From Pelagomonas calceolata (Eukaryota): 64,000 bases of DNA. The first letter of the stretch is position 1; each line of letters opens with the position of its first letter. Under the pieces are notes generated by a model. The model was not told the origin of the DNA, made no database searches, and was given only the letters and a program-made list of their open reading frames with translations. The DNA is taken from NCBI GenBank assembly GCA_918797485.1, contig CAKKNE010000002.1, positions 2,356,001-2,420,000 of the forward strand, written 5' to 3'. A program made the translations under genes and the position numbers. Of the stretch, positions 8,798 to 19,518 are shown in pieces.

Positions 8798-11700
8798 ATG
8801 CCGGACCAAGACAAGGAGCACCCCATCAGCCCGGACATCGTCCATTTCGAGAATGTGCTCGACCGCCTGGTGTACGTGCAGACCATCTCGATCCGGAACT
8901 ATGCGGACAAGGCGCGGCGCGTGCGCATCGCCGGGCCCCACGGTCCGGCCAACAAGTCGCCGTTCTCGCTCGTCTACACGCCGACGACGTCGCTCGCGCC
9001 GGGCCTCGAGTGCGTGTGCGACGTGCACTTCGTGCTGCCGGACCCCGACAAGGCGGTCGCGTCGGCCCTGGAGACGGGCATCTACCGGGACCGCTTGGTC
9101 GTCACGTTCGGCGACAACGAACAACGCATGGAGATCCCGCTGACGGCCTCGACGCCGCAGGGCCGCATCATGGCCGTGCCCACGGCGCCGAAGCGGCACC
9201 GCGTCGCCGGGCGCGACGTACAAGTCGTGCCGGCGCCCGGCGCGCCGGGCCTCTTCCACTGCCGGCTCGGGGACGTCGCCCTCAACGCACCGGCGCGCGT
9301 CGAGATCGAACTGCGGAACTTTGGACCCGTCGCGGCAGACTTTGAACTGGAGGCCATCAGCGCGGACGACGCGGGCGAGCCGCTGGTCGTGGAGCCCAAG
9401 CAGGGCCGGCTCGGGCCGGACCGCCGCGCGGCCCGCGACCTCGCGCGGCTCGCCGCGCGCCGCCCGGCGCCGGCGAGGGGCGCGGACGACGACGACGACG
9501 ACTCCGAGCCGCCGTCGTCGCGTGAGGCGACGCCCGGGGACTCGAAGCTGTCCGTGGCGACCAAAATCAAGCTCATCGTCCCGACGGGCGCGGCGGGCGT
9601 CCAGCGCTTCCGCGTCAACGTCAAGTCGCGGCAGCCCCTGCCCTGCGCGCTGGACGTCTCGGCGGTCGTCGCGCCGCCGCGCCTCGAGCTGTACGCGGCC
9701 GAGGGGCCCGACGCGGGCCGGCTGCTCAGCGACGTGGACTTCGGGAGCATGTTCTACGGCCAGGCGCGCGAGATCAAGGCGATCCTCGTGAACAACGCGC
9801 CGACGGCCTGCCCCTTTGTCGTGTCCGTGGCGTCCGACCGCGAACTCGCGGTCGCGAACGCCAAGAAGCGGCTCGAGCAGCAGGCCGCGGACGAGGACCT
9901 GGGCGAGCCGAAGGAGAAGGGCTCGGACGACGACGACGAGGACGAAGACGAACCGAAGACCCGGGAGGTCCAGTTCCGCGACGAGTGGGCGGTCGACGAC
10001 GGCGCGCTGACCGTCACGCCGGCGGAGGGGTTGCTCGAGCCGCGGGCCGAGCAGGCCGTGGTCTTCAAGTTCGCGCCGCCTATTCCGCCGCCCGCCTCGG
10101 GCTTCAAGCACCAGATCTTCGCGCCGATGACGGCCGAGGACGACGACGCGCACGCGGGCGAGGCCGGCGGGCGGCAGCGACGGAACGTCCCGGCGCGGCC
10201 CTACGGCCTCCGCGTGCGCCTCGGCGCGGAGGGGGACGAGGAGGACGGCAAGCACCCGCCCGTCGAGGTCAACGTCGCGGCGCACGCGGCCGAGCCGCAC
10301 GCCGTGCACGCGACGCCCGGAATTTTAAGATTTGGGCGGTGCGTCACGCGGAAAAAGAAAGTCGGCGCCTTAACGATCGAGAACGCGTGCGACGTCGCGG
10401 CGCGCTTCGAGTTCGCGCACTGCCCGCAGTTCCGCGTCTTCCCGCGCGTCGGGCGGCTGGCGGGGCGGGCCCAGGCGCGGGTTCGGGTCGAGTTCTACCC
10501 GGCGTCCATGGGGAACTTTGAGGTCGTCTGCGACCTGAAGGTCGAGGGCGGCCTCGCGACGCAGCAGCTCACGTTCCGCGGCAAGGCGGTCCAGGGCAAG
10601 CGGGAGAAGGACCCCAACAAGTCGCTCATCGCGGGACCGGGCATGACGTGGGACCCCATCCAGCAGTCGTTATATGGAGACGACTACCTGAAACTCTTTT
10701 CGTCGTTCGAGGGCCAGTCGACGATATTGGCGGACGGCACGGTCCTCGAGTCGAAGTATGCTGCCATCGAAGATGAAAAACTAAGGGAGCAGAAGCAGTT
10801 CTCCGACGCGAACGCGAAGAAGTACGTGCAATACTTAAGAGACTGCACGAAGAAGCGCGAGGGCCGCGTCGACCGCGACGCGGCCCTGCGCACGGCCGCG
10901 CTCTCGGGGCGGGACCTGAGGGATCCCAAGGGTGTAGATCTGGCCCTCCATCCCCTCGAGGAGCCGCCGCCGCCGCCGCTGCCCGACGGCTTCGCGGAGC
11001 CGCTCTGGATCCAAAAGGGCGGCGGCCGGAAGAGCGCCGCCGCGACGGCGCTCGACGCCAACAAGCTCGTGCAGGAGAAGTTCAAGCCCCGGCCCACGAC
11101 CCAGGCCGAGATGCGCCACTGCTCCGCGCGGCTCTCGGCCGCCGAGCTCGCGCAGGTGACGCCAACCACAGCACTCCTCGACTTTGGCCGCGTCTGCGTC
11201 GGGTCGACGGCCGTGCGCAACTTTGGCGTGGCCAACGGCCTGGACCACGCCGTGCTCGTCGCGTTATCGGACGAAATGCCGCCCGAGATCACGGGCCGGC
11301 CGGCGTCGCAAGTCGTGCCGCCCGAGGCGCAGTGCGGCTTCGACATGAGCTTCCACTGCGACAAGGAGATGAAGGACTACCGCGGCGTCGTGCAGTACAC
11401 GATCAACGACGCGCACGTGCTCACGTTCGAGGTCACGGCCGAGGTCGTGCCGGTCCGCCTCGACCTCGACGTGACGGACCTGGAGCTGGCCTTCGACGCC
11501 CACTCCCTCGAGCCGTCGGTCGACCAGGAGGTCACGCTCACGAACCCGGGCAACTCGGCCGTGGACTTTGTCTGGGCGCCGGGCGCGCCCTTCGGCATCT
11601 CGCCCGAGGAGGGCACGATCAAGCCCTACGGCAGCGCCACGATGCTCGTCACGTGGACGCCGGAGCACGGCGTGCCGAACGCGGCCAAACTGCACGCCCA

Positions 11701-14700
11701 CGTGCCGGGCGCCAAGGCCGACCTCGAGCTCGCCGTCTCCGGCGTGCTGGAGGAGGCCACCTGCGCGTTCAAGCAGAAGAAGGTCGACTTCGGCAACGCC
11801 GCCGTCGGCGCCGTCAAGGACTTTGAGATCACGCTCGAGAACACGGGCGACGTCGCGGCCGTCTGCACGATGGAGATCCCCGGGGAGCTGAGCGACTGCG
11901 TCACGTGCTCGCACGACCGGTTCCGCCTCGCGGCGGGCCAGACGCAGCCCATGACGCTGCTGCTGAAGGCGACGGACCCGCGCAAGCTCGACGGTTATGT
12001 TGTTTGCGACGTCCGCGGCTGCGCGCCCCTCAAAATTAAAGTAGAAGGCACGGCCATCGTGCCCGACGTGCGCATCGCGCGCGAGGAGATTTCATTCGGG
12101 GACGAGGAGCCGGCGCCGCTGGTCTTCGACTTCGCGTCGCAGTTCGTGGGCTTCGAGTGCCGGCGGCGCGTCGTGCTGCAGAACGCGTCCGAGATCCCCG
12201 CGAACTTGATTCTGGACCTCTCGAACCACCCCGACTTCGACGCGGAGCCCTGCAAGCCCCGGGACGAGCCGGCGCCCGCGCCCGCCACGCAGGCGCGGCC
12301 CACCTTCGGCCGCACGCCGGCGCCGGCGCCGGCGCCCGCGCCGGCCTCGGCGCTCGAGACGTCCGCGGGCTCGAGCATGGAGCACGTCGCCGCGCGCGAC
12401 GACGACGACGAGACCGTGTCGACGCGGCGCAGCTCCGCGCCGGCCTTCGAGCACTACACGCTGACGGTCGCGCCGCACGGCGCGCTCGCGTTCGAGCTCA
12501 TCTTCGCGCCCAAGGCGCCCGGCGCGCACGACTTCGAGCTCCCGCTCGAGCTCGTCGCCGGGGGCGGGACCTTCGACGCCATGCTCAAGGCGTCGGCCCT
12601 GCGCCCGATGCTGGTCCTCTCGCAGACGACGGTCGACTTCGGCGAGCGCATCTTCACGCCCGACGAGACGCGGCGCGTGCCCTTCTCGCAGGACGTGGTG
12701 GTGACGAACCACCACCACGGCACCCTGACGTGGCGGCTGGAGGTCGGCGACGACGTCGAGTGCTTCGCCGTGACGCCCAAGGAGGGCAGGCTCGTGCCGG
12801 GCGAGACGACGACGGTGCGCGCGGCGTTCACGCCGAGCGCCCCGAAGGAGTTCGAGGCGCGCCTGCCGCTCGAGTTCCTCACGGAGCAGGAGCAGGAGGA
12901 CGGGCCCATGCCAGACAAGCCGGCGCTGGACCTCGTGCTGCGCGGCGCGGGCGCGAACCCGCGGCTGGAAATCGAGGCCCCGCCGACGGAGGACGACGTT
13001 GAGTACCAGCGGTGCGAGGGCGACGTCTTCATCATGCCCACGGTGCCGATTGGGGTGACGTCGCGCGTTTTAGTGTACGTGCGGAACATCGGGTTCGAGC
13101 ACATGACGCTGGAGCACGAGGTGCCGCCGACGTGCCCCGTGACGCTGGACGTGCAGTTCCCCGACGGCAAGACGCTGTCCGCGGCCATCCCGCGCGTGCC
13201 CATCATCGTGTCCTTCGCGGCGACCGAGCCGGTCTCGTTCGCCACGAACCTGCGGTTGTTGGATTCCGATGGGAGGTCCTACGACGTCCCGCTGGCCGGC
13301 GCCGCGGACGCGTGCCTCCTCAGCACGCACGCCTTCCTCGACCAGTACCGCTACGACTGGACCTTTTACATGAAGGACGGCCGCGCGCCGAAGCTCGTGC
13401 CCGCGCTCCTCGCGCGCGAGATGATGGAGCGCGAGCTCAAGGAAAAGGAGGCGGCGCGCGCGAAGAAGCGCGCCTCGCTCTCGGGCAAGGGCAAGAAGCC
13501 GAAGAGCCTCGAGGACAAGCCCGCCGCGGCGCCGGCGCCCGCGGCGGCCAAGCAGAAGATCCCCGACGGCGTCGACGCGCGGAAGGAGCGACCGCTGCCG
13601 AACGACGAGCTTGCGCCCCTCGTCTGCCAGTGGCTGAACTACCACGCGCTGAGCGCGACGCCCGGCCCGAAGGCGCCGCTCAAGGCCATCCCCGAGGACT
13701 GCTACGAGAACAACGGCAAGGTGCCGCTCGACGCCATCGAGGCCCTCTGCGGCAAGAAGCTGCCGGGCCGCCTCCAGCGGACGATCTCCAACGACCGCGA
13801 GCTGGCGAACCAGCTGCTCGAGCAATACAAGGCGCTGCTGCTGTTCCTCATCGAGCGGGGCTGCCTCCTGAACCAGGTGCGGCCGGAGCAGCTCTTGGAG
13901 AGGCACCACTACATCCTGATCAGAGACCAGCAGGCCGGCGCGGCGCCGACGCGCTCGATCAAGGAGGCGCGCCACGCGTACTGGGACGAGACCCACGCGA
14001 CGGTGGCGCACGAGGCCTGGCTGTCCGTGCTCCTGCAGACGATCCGCGTCTTCGCGCTGCAGCGCCTCACGCCGAAAGCTTTCGCGAGCCTCCCTGGCGT
14101 GCTCGTCGCCAAGCCCCCGGAGCGCAAGGACGACGACGACGCGTCGCGCAAGTCCAGCCGGTCCAACAAGTCCCAGGCCGACCCGGAGATGGGCGGCTCG
14201 AACGTCTATTCCGTGGGCGAGTGCGTGCTGCTCAAGTGGTTCAGCTACCACTCCGGGAACGGCACGGGCGCGCCGGCGGGCCTCGGCAAGCGCTACAACA
14301 CCTTCGGCAAGGCGTTCGGGGACGGCGCCGCGGTCTGCGGGTGCGTGGCGTCGAACGCGGCGCACCTCGTGGAGAGCGGCGGCGCGCTGGCCAACCTGAA
14401 GACGCTGCTCGAGCCGCAGAACGACGACGAGAAGGGCGAGCTCCAGAAGATGGCCGCCGAGGCCCTCGTGAAACTGAGGTGCGACCTGGGCGAGGCCGGC
14501 GCCGACGAGGACATGATCGAGGCGCTCGGCGCCGAGGACTTTCCCCACCTCGACGGCGCGCGGGGCGTCCTCTTTTGTTTGCACCTCTACCTGACGCTGC
14601 CGAACTTCGTCCCGAAGACGACGATCGAGTTCAACGCGACGCTCGGCGCCGCGCTCTGCAAGACCATCGAGCTGAAGAACTCGGCCGCGCGGGACATAGT

Positions 14701-17700
14701 GTACGACGTCCAGCTCGACGGGTCCCGGGACTTTGTCGCGCTCGACTCGCGGGGCAAGCCGCGGGACCGTGCCAAGGCGGCGACCGTCATCGTCGACGCC
14801 AAGGGCAAGGGCGACTACGCCGTCGAGCTGCTGCCGCGCTTCTCGGCGCCGGTCGGCGGCCGCGTGACCTTCTTCGCCAAGCCCTGCGACCGGCCGGGGC
14901 TGCGGGCACCGGCTCTAGTTTTTGGACTGCAGTCGCGCGTCGAGTCGCACAAGGCCTGCGGCTTCGCGCGCGTCGAGGCGACGTGCTACGAGCCGAAGAC
15001 GTTCGACGTGCCCATCGCGACGCCCTTCAAGGAGCAGGGCGTCTTCGCCGTCAAGGCCATCACCTGCGAGTGCATCGAGGCGTACCGCCCGGCGCGGCCG
15101 GCGGCGAAGAAGGGCGGGCCGGTCTCGAAGAAGAAGAAGCGCGTCACCGTCGACGCCGCGGACCTCTGGCTCCAGGAGGGCCGCTCGGGCCCGGTCCAGC
15201 AGGCCGCCAAGCTGCTGCAGGAGCCGTTCCACCCCGTCTCCAAGCAGCTGCGCGTCTCCAAGGAGGGCGACGCCGAGTTCAAGGTCGAGGTCCTGGCCTG
15301 CTCGCCGGGCGTCTACAAGTGCGAGGTGCGCTTCCTCAACGAGGACATTGGAGAATTCGTCGTCGAGGTCGTGGCGAAGGTGGGCCTGCCGAAGAAGGCG
15401 GAGAGCTTCAAGTTCGCGCTCGAGGCGGGCGCCGACGGCCAGACGTCGGTCAACAAGCTCCTCAAGTTCTCGTCGACGAACCCGGCGCTCGAGCGGGCCC
15501 TGGGCTTCCTGACGGAGCGCGTCTCGTCGAACGCGGAGAAGGCTTTGGTGCGGCAGGCCCTGCAGCAGATGTCCCGCGGGCCGCCGCCGCCCGACGACGC
15601 CGACGAGCCCGTCGACGACGAGCCGGGCGCCGACTTCACCGTCGTCGTCGACAGCCCCTTCTTCCAGGCCGCCGACTCCGTCTTCATCGCCGCGGCGGGC
15701 GGCAAGACGAAGGGCCCCGCGAAGGCGCAGCTCGCGGACGTCAAGGAGAGCGACCCCCTCGACGCGCCCAACAACCTGCTCCTGTCCTTCTACCCCCAGA
15801 AGGCCGGCGCCTACGCCGCCGGCATCGTGGCGCAGGCCCGGCCGGGCCTCGTGCACGACATCCGCACGATCACCCTCGACGCGGCCGTGACGGTGCCCAA
15901 GATCCCGACGACCATCGAGTTCCGGGCGCCCGCCCGCCAGACCATCGTGCAGGAGATCCCCCTGCAGAACGCGACGGACGAGGACTGGAAGTTCACGGGC
16001 AACGTGCAGGGCAGCCGCGCGTTCTCGGGCCCGAAGACCCTCGAGGTGCCCGCGGGCGGCACGGCCCACTACCCGATCACCTACGCGCCGTCCTGGGTCG
16101 GCGAGGAGAAGGCCAAGCTCGTCCTCAAGCAGGCCAAGTCCTCGGACAGCTTCGAGTACCAGCTCGAGGGCTCCGCCGAGGAGCCCCTGGCCGAGGACCA
16201 CGTCGTGCTGCAGTGCCACGCGCGCGAGCCGCACCGTCACATCTTCCAGCTCAAGGGCGGGCCCAAGCCCACGACCTACACCGTCGAGGCGGACCTGCCG
16301 TTCGTCAGCGGCGCGAACGAGGTGCAGGTGCCGGGCAACAAGACCGTCGACTTCCCGCTCACGTTCACGCCCGCGCTCGGCGGCAAGTACACGGGCGCCG
16401 TCACGTTCAAGAGCGCGCAGGGCACGTTCATCTGGTGGACCGTCGAGGTCCACGTCGAGAGCCCCCTCGCGGACCAGGCCATCGACATGCAGACCGTGGC
16501 GCGCAAGGCCTGCTCGGCGGGGATTACATTGGTCAACCCCCTGGACGAGGAGATCGCCTTCGACGTCGTGTGCGAGGGCGACGGCGTGAGCGGGCCGGCC
16601 CGCTTCGCGCTGCCGCCGGCCGGCGAGGCCACCTACGAGCTCATGTACGCGCCGCTCATCTCGAAGACGCACCGCGGGTCCGTCGCCTTCCTGAACGACC
16701 GCGTCGGCGAGTTCTGGTACCAGCTGAACCTCGACGCGACGCCGGCGCCGCCCCTGACGCTGGCGCCCTTCGCCTGCGCCGTCGGGGCGCGGGTCTCGAC
16801 CAAGGTCACGATCGAGAACCCGCTGCCGCAGGAGATCGAGCTCGCCGGGTCGTCGAGCGGCCCGACGTTCGTCGTGCCCGAGACGACGGTCGTCGCTCCG
16901 TACCAGGCGGTCGAGGTCGAGGTCACCTACGTGCCGTCGGAGCTCGATGCGGATCAGACCGCCACGGTCAAGCTGGCGCACGAGGCGCTGGGCGAGTACG
17001 AGTACGTGTGCACGGGCCGCGGGACGCGGCCCGGCGTCATGGACGAGCACCGGCCGTCGGCCCTCGTGGGCGACCCGCAGTCGTACATGTTCAACTTCAG
17101 GAACCCCTTCGACGCGCCCATCGACGTGGACGTGGCCCTCGAGGAGGACGCCGCGTACCCGGGCGCGCTGCAGCTCATCCTGCGCCGCCCGTCGCTGCGG
17201 CTCGCGCCGCGGCAGCAGACGGCCGTCCCGCTGGCCTTCGACCCCCGGGTCATCGCCGAGCACCACGCCGTCGTGCGCGTCGAGACGGACTACCGGGGCG
17301 AGCGCCTCACGTGGCGCTACCCCGTGCGGGGCATGGTGAACGCGCCCGTGCAGCTGCGCGCCGTGCGCCTCGCCTGCAAGGCCAAGACGTCGCAGCAGCG
17401 TGAGGTAAGGCTACGGCTGAAGAATCTGGCCGAGCTCGCGCCGGGCGGCGAGGACTTTGAGTTCGAGGTCGCGGCCGACGACCCGGAAGCGAGCGCGTTC
17501 GCCAAGCGCGCGCTCGCGCTCAAGCCGGTCAAGTTGCACCTCGACGGCATCACGGACGAGCTGCGGTTCGACGCGACGTTCCGGCCGCTGCGGGCCTTCG
17601 CGGGCTCGGTGAATCTCGTCGTCCGGCGCGAGACAGGCGGCCGCTGGCCGTTCGAGGTCCAGCTCGAGGCGACGGAGCCGGAACCCGACGACACAATAGC

Positions 17701-18046
17701 TCTCGAGGCGTCGCTCCACCACACGGCGAAGGCGCGCTTCGCGCTGGTCAACTCGCTCTCGACGAACTTCGAGCCCTTCTCGGCCTACTTCACGACGGAC
17801 TCGTCGCGCGCGCTCGCCGTGCAGCCGACGCAGGGCCTGCTGGCGCCCGTGGGCGCCGAGGGCACGGCCTTTGAGGTCGCCTTCGCGCCGACGAAGTACT
17901 CCATGCTCGAGCGGGGGCGGCTGGTCGTCAAGACAGCGGAGACGACGTGGTCCTACGAGGTCCGCGGCACGAACCCGCCGTTCGTCGTGCCCGAGGCGAC
18001 GACCAAAATCGACACGCACATGTCGGCGAGATATCTGCGTAATTAG
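8798..18046 (+). CDS. CFAP47: Cilia- and flagella-associated protein 47-like (multiple ASH/Ig-like domains + CH-like region), 3082 aa, intronless
   Basis: Repeated ASH-type motifs (DFG...L.N...F.V.P.EG.L.PG); SNVYSVGECVLLKWFSYH; C-terminal IVQEIPLQN, GEFWYQL, LTWRYPVRG blocks; size. Confidence 0.75.
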   Translation: MPDQDKEHPISPDIVHFENVLDRLVYVQTISIRNYADKARRVRIAGPHGPANKSPFSLVYTPTTSLAPGLECVCDVHFVLPDPDKAVASALETGIYRDRLVVTFGDNEQRMEIPLTASTPQGRIMAVPTAPKRHRVAGRDVQVVPAPGAPGLFHCRLGDVALNAPARVEIELRNFGPVAADFELEAISADDAGEPLVVEPKQGRLGPDRRAARDLARLAARRPAPARGADDDDDDSEPPSSREATPGDSKLSVATKIKLIVPTGAAGVQRFRVNVKSRQPLPCALDVSAVVAPPRLELYAAEGPDAGRLLSDVDFGSMFYGQAREIKAILVNNAPTACPFVVSVASDRELAVANAKKRLEQQAADEDLGEPKEKGSDDDDEDEDEPKTREVQFRDEWAVDDGALTVTPAEGLLEPRAEQAVVFKFAPPIPPPASGFKHQIFAPMTAEDDDAHAGEAGGRQRRNVPARPYGLRVRLGAEGDEEDGKHPPVEVNVAAHAAEPHAVHATPGILRFGRCVTRKKKVGALTIENACDVAARFEFAHCPQFRVFPRVGRLAGRAQARVRVEFYPASMGNFEVVCDLKVEGGLATQQLTFRGKAVQGKREKDPNKSLIAGPGMTWDPIQQSLYGDDYLKLFSSFEGQSTILADGTVLESKYAAIEDEKLREQKQFSDANAKKYVQYLRDCTKKREGRVDRDAALRTAALSGRDLRDPKGVDLALHPLEEPPPPPLPDGFAEPLWIQKGGGRKSAAATALDANKLVQEKFKPRPTTQAEMRHCSARLSAAELAQVTPTTALLDFGRVCVGSTAVRNFGVANGLDHAVLVALSDEMPPEITGRPASQVVPPEAQCGFDMSFHCDKEMKDYRGVVQYTINDAHVLTFEVTAEVVPVRLDLDVTDLELAFDAHSLEPSVDQEVTLTNPGNSAVDFVWAPGAPFGISPEEGTIKPYGSATMLVTWTPEHGVPNAAKLHAHVPGAKADLELAVSGVLEEATCAFKQKKVDFGNAAVGAVKDFEITLENTGDVAAVCTMEIPGELSDCVTCSHDRFRLAAGQTQPMTLLLKATDPRKLDGYVVCDVRGCAPLKIKVEGTAIVPDVRIAREEISFGDEEPAPLVFDFASQFVGFECRRRVVLQNASEIPANLILDLSNHPDFDAEPCKPRDEPAPAPATQARPTFGRTPAPAPAPAPASALETSAGSSMEHVAARDDDDETVSTRRSSAPAFEHYTLTVAPHGALAFELIFAPKAPGAHDFELPLELVAGGGTFDAMLKASALRPMLVLSQTTVDFGERIFTPDETRRVPFSQDVVVTNHHHGTLTWRLEVGDDVECFAVTPKEGRLVPGETTTVRAAFTPSAPKEFEARLPLEFLTEQEQEDGPMPDKPALDLVLRGAGANPRLEIEAPPTEDDVEYQRCEGDVFIMPTVPIGVTSRVLVYVRNIGFEHMTLEHEVPPTCPVTLDVQFPDGKTLSAAIPRVPIIVSFAATEPVSFATNLRLLDSDGRSYDVPLAGAADACLLSTHAFLDQYRYDWTFYMKDGRAPKLVPALLAREMMERELKEKEAARAKKRASLSGKGKKPKSLEDKPAAAPAPAAAKQKIPDGVDARKERPLPNDELAPLVCQWLNYHALSATPGPKAPLKAIPEDCYENNGKVPLDAIEALCGKKLPGRLQRTISNDRELANQLLEQYKALLLFLIERGCLLNQVRPEQLLERHHYILIRDQQAGAAPTRSIKEARHAYWDETHATVAHEAWLSVLLQTIRVFALQRLTPKAFASLPGVLVAKPPERKDDDDASRKSSRSNKSQADPEMGGSNVYSVGECVLLKWFSYHSGNGTGAPAGLGKRYNTFGKAFGDGAAVCGCVASNAAHLVESGGALANLKTLLEPQNDDEKGELQKMAAEALVKLRCDLGEAGADEDMIEALGAEDFPHLDGARGVLFCLHLYLTLPNFVPKTTIEFNATLGAALCKTIELKNSAARDIVYDVQLDGSRDFVALDSRGKPRDRAKAATVIVDAKGKGDYAVELLPRFSAPVGGRVTFFAKPCDRPGLRAPALVFGLQSRVESHKACGFARVEATCYEPKTFDVPIATPFKEQGVFAVKAITCECIEAYRPARPAAKKGGPVSKKKKRVTVDAADLWLQEGRSGPVQQAAKLLQEPFHPVSKQLRVSKEGDAEFKVEVLACSPGVYKCEVRFLNEDIGEFVVEVVAKVGLPKKAESFKFALEAGADGQTSVNKLLKFSSTNPALERALGFLTERVSSNAEKALVRQALQQMSRGPPPPDDADEPVDDEPGADFTVVVDSPFFQAADSVFIAAAGGKTKGPAKAQLADVKESDPLDAPNNLLLSFYPQKAGAYAAGIVAQARPGLVHDIRTITLDAAVTVPKIPTTIEFRAPARQTIVQEIPLQNATDEDWKFTGNVQGSRAFSGPKTLEVPAGGTAHYPITYAPSWVGEEKAKLVLKQAKSSDSFEYQLEGSAEEPLAEDHVVLQCHAREPHRHIFQLKGGPKPTTYTVEADLPFVSGANEVQVPGNKTVDFPLTFTPALGGKYTGAVTFKSAQGTFIWWTVEVHVESPLADQAIDMQTVARKACSAGITLVNPLDEEIAFDVVCEGDGVSGPARFALPPAGEATYELMYAPLISKTHRGSVAFLNDRVGEFWYQLNLDATPAPPLTLAPFACAVGARVSTKVTIENPLPQEIELAGSSSGPTFVVPETTVVAPYQAVEVEVTYVPSELDADQTATVKLAHEALGEYEYVCTGRGTRPGVMDEHRPSALVGDPQSYMFNFRNPFDAPIDVDVALEEDAAYPGALQLILRRPSLRLAPRQQTAVPLAFDPRVIAEHHAVVRVETDYRGERLTWRYPVRGMVNAPVQLRAVRLACKAKTSQQREVRLRLKNLAELAPGGEDFEFEVAADDPEASAFAKRALALKPVKLHLDGITDELRFDATFRPLRAFAGSVNLVVRRETGGRWPFEVQLEATEPEPDDTIALEASLHHTAKARFALVNSLSTNFEPFSAYFTTDSSRALAVQPTQGLLAPVGAEGTAFEVAFAPTKYSMLERGRLVVKTAETTWSYEVRGTNPPFVVPEATTKIDTHMSARYLRN

Positions 18047-18280
18047 TATGACCGGGTTTGGGGCCGCCGCCCGCGCGCGCGTTGACGGGTCCCCGACGCC
18101 CCCAGCGACTAGGAATTCCGTAGTATTGCCTCCCCCAAGGCCCCCGAGCCCTCCCGGGCCGCGCCCGCGCCGCGGACCCGGCCGGGGGGCGCGAGGCCCC
18201 TTTGCGAATCAAAAAAATCGCAGAGCGCAGAACGATCTGGGGCGGCGGCCGTCTACGGCGCAAGCGCGGCGCAGAGGACC

Positions 18281-18864
18281 ATGGCGACGGACGAGAACAA
18301 CCACAAGAACGAGGCGCGCGACGACTGGACCGGCTGCACCTTCCGGGTGGAGCGGGGGCCCAGCAGCGAAGGCCGGGCCTGGAGATGTCGGTTCCTTACT
18401 GCTCGACGGAGCCAGCGCGGCCACGTCATCGCCGAGAAACGACTTAGTGGGTTGATTGCCACACAGGCGACGACGACGGCGAGGAGCAGGGCGCCCTCGA
18501 GTCGGCCGTGGCCGCGGGCGTCGTCGCGCGGCGCCGGGGCGGCGGCGGCCCGCGGGGCGCGCGGCCCGGATTCGCGCTCGGCGCCGCTGAGGAGGAGCCG
18601 GTCGCGGACGACGCCGACTCCGACGACGAGGAGGCCGACGAGGTCGATCCGGACTTCGATCCCGACGACGACGTCACGATGCGGGACCCGGAGCCGACGT
18701 CGCGCAAGCGCAAGGCGCCGCCGGCGCCGCGGCCGAAGCGGCGCCGCAAGACCAAGGCCGCGCCCATCGAGCCCGTATTGTCGGAGTACGAACTCGGCCG
18801 GCGCGCCAAGATCAAGCGGAACAACAAGTTCCTCGTGTCGGTCGGGCTCTTGTTCCCGCGCTGA
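18281..18864 (+). CDS. Small acidic/basic nuclear-type protein; probable join(18281..18317,18467..18864)
   Basis: Acidic tract, RKRK/KRRRK NLS-like segments, terminal LSEYELGRRAKIKRNNKFLVSVGL; needs removal of a decayed introner; donor position uncertain. Confidence 0.55.
18326..18466 (+). mobile_element. Decayed introner element (probable GC-AG intron 18318-18466)
   Basis: 3' end GGTTGATTGCCACACAG; ~70-nt internal block homologous to the 54710 element (...GTCATCGCCGAGAAAYGACTTAGTG); GCGACGAC repeated at 18318-18325 and 18467-18474 in the correct phase; 5' TIR not recognisable. Confidence 0.7.
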
Positions 18865-19518
18865 CTCAGCGTCTCGCAGAAACTTCGACTTTGGGAAGAT
18901 GGCGTCGGCACGATCACGATGCCGCCGTGACGCCGTCGTCGTGATCGTCGGAGCGTCGACGCGTCTCACGAGTTTACGGTGTCGATAACAGGCCGAAGGA
19001 GGCGCTCGAGGACGACGAGCACCCCTGGTGGTACATGACGGCGCGCTGAGGGCGCAGCCGTCCACTACGTTTTCCCTCCCCCATTCTCCCTCTCCCCCCG
19101 CTGATGTTCGAGATATGACGAGTCTCGAACGACGACCGATTGACGACGACGGCGCGGCGCCGGCGTCCCACTATTCTACCATCGCTTCTCATCACAACCG
19201 ACGCAGGTGCCACGACGGTGGCACCGCCCGGCCGCGCAGCCCGCGAGCGCGGCCGACCAGCTCTCTGCGCGAACGTCCTGGGCGAGTTCGTTCGTGCTCT
19301 TCTTCCCCGCTCGACCTCACGTCGGGCGGGCCGGCCCGCGGGCTCCACGCCCCTCCGGGTCCGAACGGTCTTCTTCTTCGAGGCCGTCATGTTCCTCCTG
19401 CACTGTTACCCCCACATCGTTCCTCTTACTACCCCGCGTGTCGTTTCCTCTTTCCCCCAGCGCTCATAAGGAGTTCGCAGTCGACTGCTGTTTCAGGCGT
19501 ATGCCACGGGGAAAACAC

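Noticed and set aside
10321..14930. Short AT-rich codon patches inside GC-rich CDSs as a nucleosome or methylation periodicity signal
   Set aside because: Visible by eye, but periodicity needs autocorrelation analysis that I cannot run; the frame stays open, so they are not evidently introns
13012..17403. Long overlapping ORFs (e.g. 1463 aa at 13012; also 14915-17266, 5350-7074, 19207-21630, 50528-52213)
   Set aside because: Arg/Gly/Ala-rich off-frame or antisense shadows of real genes, expected from extreme GC3 bias
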